Source: Polaromonas sp.
GTDB taxonomy: Bacteria > Pseudomonadota > Gammaproteobacteria > Burkholderiales > Burkholderiaceae_C
Assembly: GCA_965228025.1 (NCBI GenBank)
Contig: CBDDGX010000032.1
Location: forward strand, 35,113-99,112
DNA: 64,000 nt
Direction of reading: 5' to 3'
Part shown: one piece after another, positions 21,085 to 29,894 of the stretch
Layout: each line of letters begins with the position of its first letter
How positions within the stretch are numbered: position 1 is the stretch's first letter
Made by a program: the position numbers and the translations under genes
The notes under the pieces: generated by a model
Databases searched by the model: none
Seen by the model: only the letters and a program-made list of their open reading frames with translations
Told to the model about the DNA's origin: nothing

Positions 21085-21914
21085 AAAGACGCTATCTCGC
21101 GGGCGGACTTGCCGCCGCCCTGGTCGGTGCCGCCGCCTACCCCGCATGGCAATGGGTGCAGCTGCGCCGCAGGCCGGCCGGCCAGAATGCGCTGCTCATA
21201 GGTGGCGCATCCGCGATGTACGACCTGAACATCGCGCTGGGCAGGGAGTTTGAAAAACGCTATGGCGTGAAAGTCATCGTCGAACGGGGCGGCTCGCTGC
21301 AGGGCCTGCTGGCCGCCAAGCGCCATGCCATCGACATCGCCGCCATGGCCCGCGACCTTGAAGGCGCGGAAGCAGAGCCGCAGGCACACAACCACCTGAT
21401 TGCACGGGATGCGATTGCCATCGTGGTGAATGCCAAAAACCCGATCCGGCATCTCAGGCAGACACTGGTCCGAGACATCCTGACCGGCAAAATTGACAAC
21501 TGGAAGACGCTGGGCGGCCCCGACCGGCTGATCGAAGTGGTGATGCGCCCACGCCATACCTCCACCAGCCGCTACGTCAGCGAGGTGGTTCTTGCAGGCG
21601 CAGACCTCTCGCTGAAGTCGCACTTCAGGAAAACCCGTGACGAACTGCTGGACTTCATCCGCCAGCACCCGGACGCCATAGGCTGCGTGGCAACGGACGA
21701 TGGCGGTTTGCCTGCGGACATCCCGGCCCTTGAAATCGACGGTATTCCCATCACGCGCGAAACCATCCTCAGTGGGCGTTACCCTTTCGAGCGCTCCCTG
21801 TACCTGATGACCTACGGCAAGGCACGCAAGGAGGTGCTTGACTTCATCGCCCTGGCGGAATCACCCGACGGCCAGGCCATCGTCGACCGCTCCGGTTTCA
21901 TACCGGTCAGATAG
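21081..21914 (+). CDS. PstS-like periplasmic binding protein B
   Basis: IGGAS, GGSLQG, DAIAIVVNAKNPI, ILTGKIDNWKTLGG, RPRHTST, SGRYPFERSL. N-terminal KRRYL plus hydrophobic stretch (Tat signal or anchor). ATGA overlap. Confidence 0.82.
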   Translation: MKRRYLAGGLAAALVGAAAYPAWQWVQLRRRPAGQNALLIGGASAMYDLNIALGREFEKRYGVKVIVERGGSLQGLLAAKRHAIDIAAMARDLEGAEAEPQAHNHLIARDAIAIVVNAKNPIRHLRQTLVRDILTGKIDNWKTLGGPDRLIEVVMRPRHTSTSRYVSEVVLAGADLSLKSHFRKTRDELLDFIRQHPDAIGCVATDDGGLPADIPALEIDGIPITRETILSGRYPFERSLYLMTYGKARKEVLDFIALAESPDGQAIVDRSGFIPVR

Positions 21915-21933
21915 CAGCAGGTACGAGCAGCAT

Positions 21934-23280
21934 ATGGCCAACGAAGCACGCGGAATACTCAACGACTGGCTCACGCGCATGCAGCGCAACGACCGCCTGC
22001 GCAGGGCACTGGCCATCCTGGCCATCCTGGGGCTGCTGGGCATCGCCATGCACTACGTGTATGAGGTGCTGCCCAGGACCTACGCGCTGAAGATCACCGG
22101 AGGCGACATCCTCGGCAACCGGCACTACCTGGCAGGTACCTTGCGCGACGACATCGTGCCGCTCGGCGTGCGTCTGGATGTATTGCCGACCGACGGTTCA
22201 CAGGAAGCGCTGTCGCTGGTGTCACAGGGCAAGCTCGACTTTGCGCTGATACAGGGCGGCCTGGAGCTGCCTTACCCGAATGTGTCGCATGTGGCCAACC
22301 TTGCGCCCGAGCTGCTGCACTTTCTCGTCAGCCCCGACGTCAAGGACATTGCCGGCATGCGCGGCAAGCGCATCAACCTGGGCAGTAAACGCGGCGGCAC
22401 GCGGGTCATCGCCAAGCAGTTGCTCGAATTTTCAGGCATGCGCGACGGCGTGGACTACGTTGAAACCAACCTCAGCACTGAAGACCTGCTGGCCCTGCGC
22501 AAGGACCGCGTGCCCGAGGTCATCGTCATCACCTCCTTCGCACCTTCCAACGTGGCGGACTACATCGTCAAGCAGTATGGCTACAGCCTGCTGGAGATCC
22601 CTTTCCCCAACGCCCTCGCGCTGCGCCAGGGCTGGGTGGCGGACACCAAGGTCATGGCCTATATGTACAGCGTGCAGCCGCCCGTGCCGCCGCGTGATGT
22701 GCGGACTGTGGGCGTCAACCTGCAGCTGGTCGCGAACTCGAACCTGGACCCGCGCGCCGTGTTCAAGGTGCTGGAAGGCGTTTACAGCCCCGACCTGCAG
22801 ATGCACCTGAAGATGAAGTTTGATGAAGACAAGATCCTGGAGTCATCAAGCTATCCGCTGTCTGCCGGCACCCGGATGTTCATGGACCGCAAGAACCCTT
22901 TCCTTTCACAGGCCACGCTCAAGAAGGTCGAGGCGCTTTTTGGCCTGGTGCTGTCGGTGGCCTCCACCCTGATTGTGGTGTTCAAGTGGTTCAAGGGTGC
23001 GCCGCCCGAGGTGGTCAAACCCGAGACCGACGATGCATTTTTTGTCGTCCTGATCGAACGTGTGCTGGCCGTGGATGCGGCCGTCGATGCGGTGCCGGAC
23101 GACCCGCCGCCCCCGTCGCAACTCGCTGCCTGGCAAAAAGAACTCTCCGACATCAAGGCGACCGCGATGCGGCGCCTGACAGCCAACGGACTGCTGGCCA
23201 ATGCCAATCTCGTGCCGCAGCTTTTTTCGGCCATCACTGACTCCCGTGCACGGCTCGATTTTATGAAGGACAAAGCATGA
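21934..23280 (+). CDS. TAXI-family solute-binding domain flanked by two TM helices, with a C-terminal tail
   Basis: ITGG, TDGSQEAL, GKLDFALIQGG, ELLHFLV, GKRINLGSKRGGT. TM near residues 25-45 and a second TM (ALFGLVLSVASTLIVVFKWF). Confidence 0.75.
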   Translation: MANEARGILNDWLTRMQRNDRLRRALAILAILGLLGIAMHYVYEVLPRTYALKITGGDILGNRHYLAGTLRDDIVPLGVRLDVLPTDGSQEALSLVSQGKLDFALIQGGLELPYPNVSHVANLAPELLHFLVSPDVKDIAGMRGKRINLGSKRGGTRVIAKQLLEFSGMRDGVDYVETNLSTEDLLALRKDRVPEVIVITSFAPSNVADYIVKQYGYSLLEIPFPNALALRQGWVADTKVMAYMYSVQPPVPPRDVRTVGVNLQLVANSNLDPRAVFKVLEGVYSPDLQMHLKMKFDEDKILESSSYPLSAGTRMFMDRKNPFLSQATLKKVEALFGLVLSVASTLIVVFKWFKGAPPEVVKPETDDAFFVVLIERVLAVDAAVDAVPDDPPPPSQLAAWQKELSDIKATAMRRLTANGLLANANLVPQLFSAITDSRARLDFMKDKA

Positions 23281-24035
23281 CAACACACCTTCCCGGCACC
23301 GTTAGACGCGTGGGCACAGCCCTTGTCTGGGTGGCTGCGATTGCACTGACCGGCTGCGCCTCGGTCGCACCATCTGCCACCTCGACCAAGGCGGTTTATG
23401 AAGCGGCGATTGCCGACGCCGCCGTGGCCAGCCCGCGCAAGGTCTCGCCCCTGATGCCGCTGCCGGCCGGCGAAAAAGTTCGGGTAGTTTCCTGGGTGAC
23501 GGAAAGCCGCACGCCATGCAAGGCACCCGACACCAGCTGCGCCACCACCACACCGCCTGACCGCATCTGGGTGACGCTGGCTGGCGAGGTGCAGGCGAGT
23601 TGCCGTGCCTGGGGCTTGAAAGGCGATGCATTACGCCAGCGCATTGAACAGCTGCTCGGCCTGCCCATGGACCCGCCGCCACAGTTTCGCAAGGCGAAGT
23701 TTGTAACCATGGAGCTTGCCCGTGATCGCCTCGACAGGCCCTGCCTGGGTGTCGATGACAGCAACCCGCAGGGGCCGGTCTGCACTGTCGGCATCCAGGC
23801 CAGCCGGGCGCCCGATGTGCGCGATTACGTGCTCAGGCAAATGGCGGACTCATTCGTGGTCGATGGCGCAGGCGGCCCCGGCTACCCTTTCACCCGTCTG
23901 GGTTACACCTACGACTGGAACCAGGTCAATGCCAGGCCCAACCACTACGGGGCCTCAGAATTTCTGGTGCAGGCCAGTACACCTGCAGCCGTGATCACGC
24001 AGCAGGATACCGACGCTTACTGCGCTGCGCCCTAG
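23277..24035 (+). CDS. Conserved hypothetical lipoprotein
   Basis: Lipobox ALTGC; RIEQLLGLP, RPC, GYPFTRLGYTYDW, YGASEFLV; ATGA overlap. Confidence 0.7.
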   Translation: MTTHLPGTVRRVGTALVWVAAIALTGCASVAPSATSTKAVYEAAIADAAVASPRKVSPLMPLPAGEKVRVVSWVTESRTPCKAPDTSCATTTPPDRIWVTLAGEVQASCRAWGLKGDALRQRIEQLLGLPMDPPPQFRKAKFVTMELARDRLDRPCLGVDDSNPQGPVCTVGIQASRAPDVRDYVLRQMADSFVVDGAGGPGYPFTRLGYTYDWNQVNARPNHYGASEFLVQASTPAAVITQQDTDAYCAAP

Positions 24036-24047
24036 TCGATCGACTCG

Positions 24048-24992
24048 GTGTCACTGCTGACCCGCTACCTCACTGACGCACTGAAGGCGCAGCTGTCACA
24101 GCGTGTGACACCCAACGGCTACCGGCTGGAGGATGTGACTCGTTCCGGCGTGCGCCATGCCGACAGCCATATCGGTATCTATGCGCCTGACTTCGAGAGC
24201 TACGACATTTTTCGTGAGCTGTTCGGGCCGATAGTTGAAAACTTCAAGGCGCCGGCCCCTGCACATCACACCGATCTGGCATACATTGATCCGGCTGCTG
24301 TCGTTTCCACGCGGATCAGGGTGGCGCGCAATCTCACCGGTCATGCGTTTCCCTCCGTGATGTCAAGGCAGCAACGCCTGGCTGTGGAGGAGGCCATCAC
24401 GCAGGCCTGCAAAACACTGGCACCTGACTTTGAGGGCACGGTCACGCCGCTGGGGCACCTGCCACAGGCCGCTTTAAATGACATGGTTTCAAAGCGACAG
24501 GCCTTTGGGCCGGACGACAAATACATGGCCGCAGCAGGCATCCATGATGACTGGCCGCTTGGACGGAGCGTCTTCAACACACACGCCGGGCATCTGTCTA
24601 TCTGGATCAACGAAGAAGACCACCTGCGCGTGGCCGTGGTCATGCCAGGGGCCTGTGTTGCTGCTTGCCAGGAGGCGATGACCTTCGTCATGTCGCGCCT
24701 GGCTGCGTCGCTTGATTTCTGCTCGGATGCAGAGTTTGGCTACCTCACCAGTTGCCCCAGCAATGTCGGCACCGGACTGCGTGCCAGCTACCGGATAGAC
24801 AAGAGCCTGAAAGCGCCGCAAACAGGCACGCTGGAGCGGCTGGAGGCTGCGGGCTACCTACAGCTGCGCTCACCGTCGGGCGAACATGCCGCGCAAGGCG
24901 GTGAGCTGGTTGACGTGGGCCTGCGCCGACGGGTGGGTCTTTCCGGGCGCGACACGCTCGAAGGCATGAAGGCCCTGCTGTCGCGGCGCTGA
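24048..24992 (+). CDS. ATP:guanido phosphotransferase (phosphagen/arginine kinase-like, with N-terminal domain)
   Basis: SLLTRYLT, SG..DSHIGIYAPD, STRIRVARN, WP.GR, WINEEDHLR, GYLTSCPSNVGTGLRAS, RSPSGEH, RRRVGLS. Confidence 0.9.
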   Translation: MSLLTRYLTDALKAQLSQRVTPNGYRLEDVTRSGVRHADSHIGIYAPDFESYDIFRELFGPIVENFKAPAPAHHTDLAYIDPAAVVSTRIRVARNLTGHAFPSVMSRQQRLAVEEAITQACKTLAPDFEGTVTPLGHLPQAALNDMVSKRQAFGPDDKYMAAAGIHDDWPLGRSVFNTHAGHLSIWINEEDHLRVAVVMPGACVAACQEAMTFVMSRLAASLDFCSDAEFGYLTSCPSNVGTGLRASYRIDKSLKAPQTGTLERLEAAGYLQLRSPSGEHAAQGGELVDVGLRRRVGLSGRDTLEGMKALLSRR

Positions 24993-25009
24993 ACCAGGGG
25001 ACAAAACCA

Positions 25010-25969
25010 TCACGATCCGGTTTTCTCAGGCGCGGTGCGCACGCTGAGCACCATGGTGAAGGCCAGAACGCCGACCACGACACCGAGCGACGCCCAGACC
25101 GGGATCTTGTACACATCAACCAGGCACATCTTCACCCCGATGAAGACCAGAATCGCAGCCAGGCCGTAGTTGAGCAAATGAAATTTACCGGCTACAGCTG
25201 CCAGCAGGAAGTACATCGCGCGCAAGCCCAGGATTGCAAAAACATTGCTGGTCAGAACGATGAAAGGGTCGCTGGTGATTGCAAAGATGGCGGGTATGGA
25301 GTCAACCGCAAAAATCACGTCCGTCAGCGCGACCAGGCAGATCACCATAAAAAGCGGGGTGGCGATCTTCTTTCCGTTTTCCAGCGTGAAGAATTTTTCG
25401 CCATCGAAACCCTGGCTGACCGGCAGCACGCGCCGCAGCAGCTTGAGCGCCGGGTTGTCATTGAGGTCCGGCTCCTTTCCGGCCGCCCACCACATCTTGA
25501 TGCCGGTGAGCACCAGGAACAGGCCGAAGACATACAGTACCCAGTGGAACTCCTGCAGCAGCCAGCCGCCCACCAGGATCATCACCGAACGCAGCACAAT
25601 CGCGCCGATGATGCCTATCATCAGCACGCGCTTCTGGAAGGCCGAGGGCACCGCGAAGTAGGTAAAGATCATCAGGAAGACAAAGATGTTGTCGACAGCC
25701 AGCGACTTTTCGATCAGGTAGCCGGTCAGGAACTCCAGGGACTTCTCATTGGCCACACTGGTCGAGCCGGTGCTGTCCCTGACGGCCCACCAGAAAAGCG
25801 CGTTGAAGACGAAGCTGAGCGCCACCCAGATCAAGGACCAGTTCAGCGCCTCCTTCATGCCAATGTCATGCGCGCCCTGTTTTTTCAGGACGACAAAATC
25901 GACGAAGAGCGAGACAGCCACGATGGCGACGAAGGTCGCCCAAAGCCACAGGGGCGCGATGGTTTGCAT
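25010..25969 (-). CDS. TerC/Alx family membrane protein
   Basis: EKSLAVDNIFVF, DVIFAVDSIPAIFAIT, TSNVFAILGLRAMYF. Confidence 0.93.
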   Translation of the reverse strand: MQTIAPLWLWATFVAIVAVSLFVDFVVLKKQGAHDIGMKEALNWSLIWVALSFVFNALFWWAVRDSTGSTSVANEKSLEFLTGYLIEKSLAVDNIFVFLMIFTYFAVPSAFQKRVLMIGIIGAIVLRSVMILVGGWLLQEFHWVLYVFGLFLVLTGIKMWWAAGKEPDLNDNPALKLLRRVLPVSQGFDGEKFFTLENGKKIATPLFMVICLVALTDVIFAVDSIPAIFAITSDPFIVLTSNVFAILGLRAMYFLLAAVAGKFHLLNYGLAAILVFIGVKMCLVDVYKIPVWASLGVVVGVLAFTMVLSVRTAPEKTGS

Positions 25970-26039
25970 GGGAATGTATTTTTTGTTGAGTGGTTAGATA
26001 CGTCAGCGGCCAGACTGAGGCGGGTTAAGGCTCGCCGCT

Positions 26040-26417
26040 TCAGCGGCCAGGGCGAAAGGTCACGTCAGTGGCGAGCGTTGCACTCACCAGCGCATTGACC
26101 ATGCGGTGACTGCGCTGAGGCTTGCGCTGGCGCTGAATGCTGCGCACCAGCACCCGTGCACAACGCTGTACAGCCAGGTCCAGCGCACTGCGCCAATCGC
26201 CCGCCAGCGATGAGACCACCACAGCGCCATTGGCTGTTTTCAGCTCGATCTGGCACTGCTTGTCAGTGCCGCCGCGCGGCCCATTGATGTCGGACAGCCG
26301 GACTTTGGCGCGAGGCACCAGCCAGCTCAGCCTGCGCAATGCAAAGCGCATCCGTTCGATGGCCACCTGGCGCAGTGCGGCGCCTTCGAGGTCGCGGGAT
26401 TCGAAAACAATGTGCAT
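26040..26417 (-). CDS. HPF/RaiA-like ribosome-associated protein
   Basis: VRLSDINGPRGGTDKQCQIEL motif. Confidence 0.75.
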   Translation of the reverse strand: MHIVFESRDLEGAALRQVAIERMRFALRRLSWLVPRAKVRLSDINGPRGGTDKQCQIELKTANGAVVVSSLAGDWRSALDLAVQRCARVLVRSIQRQRKPQRSHRMVNALVSATLATDVTFRPGR

Positions 26418-26639
26418 CGTGCTCTCCTGTTCGGTTGATCAGGCGTGAAGCTTATTTCCGTAAAGCACACATTAAAAGCAGCGATAAGCTGATGAACACT
26501 TCTGAAAATTCGAAATGTCAGATGCCTGAATCAACGCCCTGCACTTCGTACCTCACCCGCCAATACAAAAAACTGGCCGCGGGTGAGCTGAACGGTCGCC
26601 ACCAGCTTGAGGCGATTGCAGAATAATCCTGGCTGCTGC

Positions 26640-27000
26640 CTTTGCCGGCTACCACGGCACCGGCGGCAAGCTGCCATCGGCCTGGTGCAGGCTGGCCAGA
26701 TAGGTAGGCTGCAAGGCGACGCCAAGACCCGGCAAAGCGGCGCGCAGCAAGGCCGTGGCCTGATTGGCGCTGAACTGGCTGCTAACGCCGGCCTCGGTTT
26801 TCTCGTCGCCGTGTTTAAAGCGCCAGACGCTCTCGCCGAAATTGGCCTAGCTCAGGCAGTGGTCACTGGGTGCGCAGGGTGTGCCAGGGCTGATGGTGAC
26901 CAATGCAGTGGAGCGCAGGCTGCTGGACGCCTGGCTACACGACATAGTGCACGCGCAGGAGGGCGACCTTGAGGTCGCTGAATACTGGTGTGGCCTGGCC
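26640..27000 (-). pseudogene. LysR-family regulator remnant (substrate-binding domain)
   Basis: HCLS*ANFGESVWRFKHG...FSANQATALLRAALPGLGVALQPTYLA with an in-frame TAG and upstream frameshifts; cut at the IS21 end. Confidence 0.65.
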
Positions 27001-27034
27001 AACTGTTGGATTCCATCGAAATCTGGCCCACTTA

Positions 27035-28312
27035 TGGAGTGAGCCCCTGGGACTGGACCACGGAAAAGAGATGAACTGATGCGCTTGCTGGGCCCTCATA
27101 GAAGGAGAGGTCTATGTCATCAAGAGGTCCATATCGCAGGCACACTGCGCAGTTCAAGCTGCAGCTGTGCAGCGACATTCGTTCAGGCGCACTCGGGCGC
27201 CGTGATGCGCAGAAGAAGTATGCGTTGTCCGCCAATCTCATTCAGATGTGGCTGACGCAGTTCGATCGCGGTGAACTTAGCACCAAGGAGGTTGAGGCGG
27301 ACGTCATCGCCGAGTACGAGGCCAAGGTCGCCGCCCTGGAGCGCAAAGTGGGGCAGCTCACGATGGAACTGGATCTGGTCAAAAAAGACTACACGCCTGC
27401 GACTCGTGAGCGACAACGAGAACTCCTCCATCATCACCGGCCCGAAGCCTGCTCCATCCGACAGGGGTGCAAAGTGATTGAACTGCCGCGCAGCACCTTT
27501 TACTACCGTTCCATGGGCGACACCGACGGTTTGACAGATACCAAACTGGTCGAGCTCATCCAGAGCATTCAGGATGAGCTACCCGGCTACGGCTATCGAC
27601 GCGTCACGCACGAGTTGCGCCAGCGTGGCCATGTCGTCAATCACAAGCGAATCGCACGCCTCATGCGAATTCATGGCCTGGGCATAAAGCCGCACCGCCA
27701 GTTTGTTCGCACGACGGACAGTAACCACGAATCGCCGATCTTCCCGAACTTTTACCGCAACATGATCCCAAGCCGACCTGATCTGGCGTGGGTCGCGGAC
27801 TTCACGTAAATCCGTATCGTGACAGGTTTCTGCTACCTGGCGGCAATCCTGGATGCGTGCAGTCGCAAGGTTGCGGGCTACGCCATCTCCCGCCGCATTG
27901 ATACGCCGCGGGCACTGGCAGCGTTACGCTCAGCACTCGAGAGCCGACGACCACCGCCAGGGTGCATTCACCATACGGATCGCGGCTGTCAATACGCGAG
28001 CGACACGTACCGGCGAGCACTGCGGGAGGCCGGGCTTCGCGGCTCGATGAGCTCACCGGCCAATCCGTATGACAATGCTCAGGCAGAGAGCTTTATGAAG
28101 ACGCTTAAGGTCGAGGAGGTGTACTTGGCCGGCTACGAGACCTTCGCGGATGTGGCAACACGGTTGCCGCGCTTCATCGAAGAGGTCTACAACGCCAAGC
28201 GGCTTCACTCGGCACTTGGCTACCGTTCACCCAACGAATTTGAATTGCAACTTGCTCAGGAGGCGGCTTAGTTCTGATGAACCCGGCGGTCCAGTCCCAG
28301 GGGTTCACTCCA
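27035..28312 (+). mobile_element. IS3-family insertion sequence (inactivated)
   Basis: TG...CA ends; IRs TGGAGTGAGCCCCTGGGACTGGACC / TGGAGTGAACCCCTGGGACTGGACC (24/25); TTA duplicated on both sides. Confidence 0.92.
27114..28271 (+). pseudogene. IS3 transposase OrfAB with internal TAA (27807-27809)
   Basis: [30 protein letters not shown]; both halves are in the same frame. Confidence 0.9.
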
Positions 28313-28388
28313 TTAGCGCAATAGTTTCCACCCCAAACTGACCCACACAGGCACTACCCTGATTGTTTTGAAAGCAGGGAAATTAGGA

Positions 28389-28540
28389 GTGACAGACGTG
28401 GCGACATTGAATGTCAGCGGGCGCTGGGCATTGCGGGATCAGATGTCCATCCGCGAGATTTCAAGGCGGACACGCCTGGCTCACAAAACAGTAAAAAAGC
28501 ACCTGCGGTCGGAAGACAGTGAGCCCAAGTACCTAACGCG
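28389..28540 (+). pseudogene. IS21 IstA transposase N-terminal fragment
   Basis: TDVATLNVSGRWALRDQMSIREISRRTRLAHKTVKKHLRS HTH, then runs directly into the right IR. Confidence 0.7.
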
Positions 28541-28605
28541 GGCCAGACTTCAGTGCAATTCAACAAACCACTGGGCCTCGCAGCCCGAAAGTGGGAAGTC
28601 CGGAC

Positions 28606-29805
28606 CTATGCGGCGGGGTCAACGGCGCGACCGAGCGCTGCCACCAGGTCAGACTGCGTGATCATCCCCGTCAGCTTGCCGCCGTCGCCAATGATCGGAA
28701 TGTGGTGGTGACCGGTACTGCCAAACAACGGCACCAGTTCCACCAGCCTGCGCTGCTCGCCTGCCACACGCACGTTGCGGGTCATGATCTGACCCACCAC
28801 TTCAGCCTTGTCTGAATACGAACTGCGCGTCGTGCGGATCAGCTTGCGCAGCTTTTCGTCAAAGCCTTCATACACATCCAGCTCGGCCGTGCGCATGAAG
28901 TCAGCCACGGTGATGATGCCGGCGATGCGAAACGCCTTGTCCACCACAGGCAAGGCCTTGATGCGTCGTTCGCGCAGCAGGGCCCAGGCTTCCTGCAGCG
29001 GCGTCCCGAATTCAACGGTAACCAGCTGCCGCGACATGATGTCGGCGCAGCGCACATCGGCCAGCTTGCGGTCATAGGCGCGCAGTTGCGTTTCCGACAA
29101 CAGGGCCTTCAGGTCATCACGGCTGATGTCCAGCACCTGGTTGTAGCGCGCCAACACAGCGTCGAGGTCGGCATCAAGCTGGTCTTCATGGCCGGGCAGG
29201 ACATGGTCGTCGGCAGCCAGCTGCATATGGGGATAGGGCCTGCGCGTGGCGTTGTTGTAGGCAATACCCATAAGCACCAGCAACACCGAGTTGAGCAGGA
29301 CGGGATAAAGCGCAAAGCCCGGATCACGTATGCCACCCAGCACCATCATCAGCGCCATCGCGCCACCGGGCGGGTGCAGGCAGCGCAAGGCCAGCATGCC
29401 CGCTATGGCAACCGCCACCGCCAGGCCTGCTGCCAGTTCAATCGGCACAGACAGGCCCATGCCATGCACAAAAGCAATGCCCACGAGAGCAGACAGGGTG
29501 TTGCCCGCCACCACGGCCCAAGGCTGTGCCATGGGGCTTGCGGGTGTCGCAAACACCAACAAGGCACTGGCACCCAGCGGTGCCACCAGCCAGGTCAGGG
29601 AGGGCGTGGCAAAAATACCAGGCAGGTGGCAAATCCATCCTGTTAACACAACTCCCAGAAAAGCACCGGCCACCAGCCGTAGCCGCTCGCGTGCATCGAC
29701 ACGCGTGCGGCCGGGGCGGAATGCCCGCCACCAGTTACGGGAGAACACGCGGCTTGAAGGTGCCGACACCGCACCGGTGTCGATGTGTGGGGATGGAGGA
29801 CTCAC
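28606..29805 (-). CDS. HPP family membrane protein with CBS domains
   Basis: APLGASALLVF, LRCLHPPGGA, two CBS repeats. Confidence 0.92.
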   Translation of the reverse strand: MSPPSPHIDTGAVSAPSSRVFSRNWWRAFRPGRTRVDARERLRLVAGAFLGVVLTGWICHLPGIFATPSLTWLVAPLGASALLVFATPASPMAQPWAVVAGNTLSALVGIAFVHGMGLSVPIELAAGLAVAVAIAGMLALRCLHPPGGAMALMMVLGGIRDPGFALYPVLLNSVLLVLMGIAYNNATRRPYPHMQLAADDHVLPGHEDQLDADLDAVLARYNQVLDISRDDLKALLSETQLRAYDRKLADVRCADIMSRQLVTVEFGTPLQEAWALLRERRIKALPVVDKAFRIAGIITVADFMRTAELDVYEGFDEKLRKLIRTTRSSYSDKAEVVGQIMTRNVRVAGEQRRLVELVPLFGSTGHHHIPIIGDGGKLTGMITQSDLVAALGRAVDPAA

Positions 29806-29894
29806 CTGCGGAGTTTAGGGCACCGCCGCAGACACGGCTGTCCTGGCCGGCGTCACGTCAGAGTAGCGACATTCCGCTTTATGCGTTTTGCCCT

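Larger units (their letters stand above)
27004..28565 (+). mobile_element. Internally deleted IS21-family element interrupted by IS3
   Basis: Left end TGTTGGATTCCATCGAAATCTGGCCC vs right end (rc) TGTTGAATTGCACTGAAGTCTGGCCC (21/26). Subterminal repeat TTTCCACCCCAAACTGACCCAC. IstA-like N-terminal fragment. Confidence 0.75.

Noticed and set aside
24048-24992. McsB protein-arginine kinase
   Set aside because: It has the N-terminal phosphagen-kinase domain, and there is no ctsR/mcsA/clpC context.
25970-26040. yybP-ykoY riboswitch before terC
   Set aside because: The gap is only ~70 bp and I could not recognise the conserved fold.
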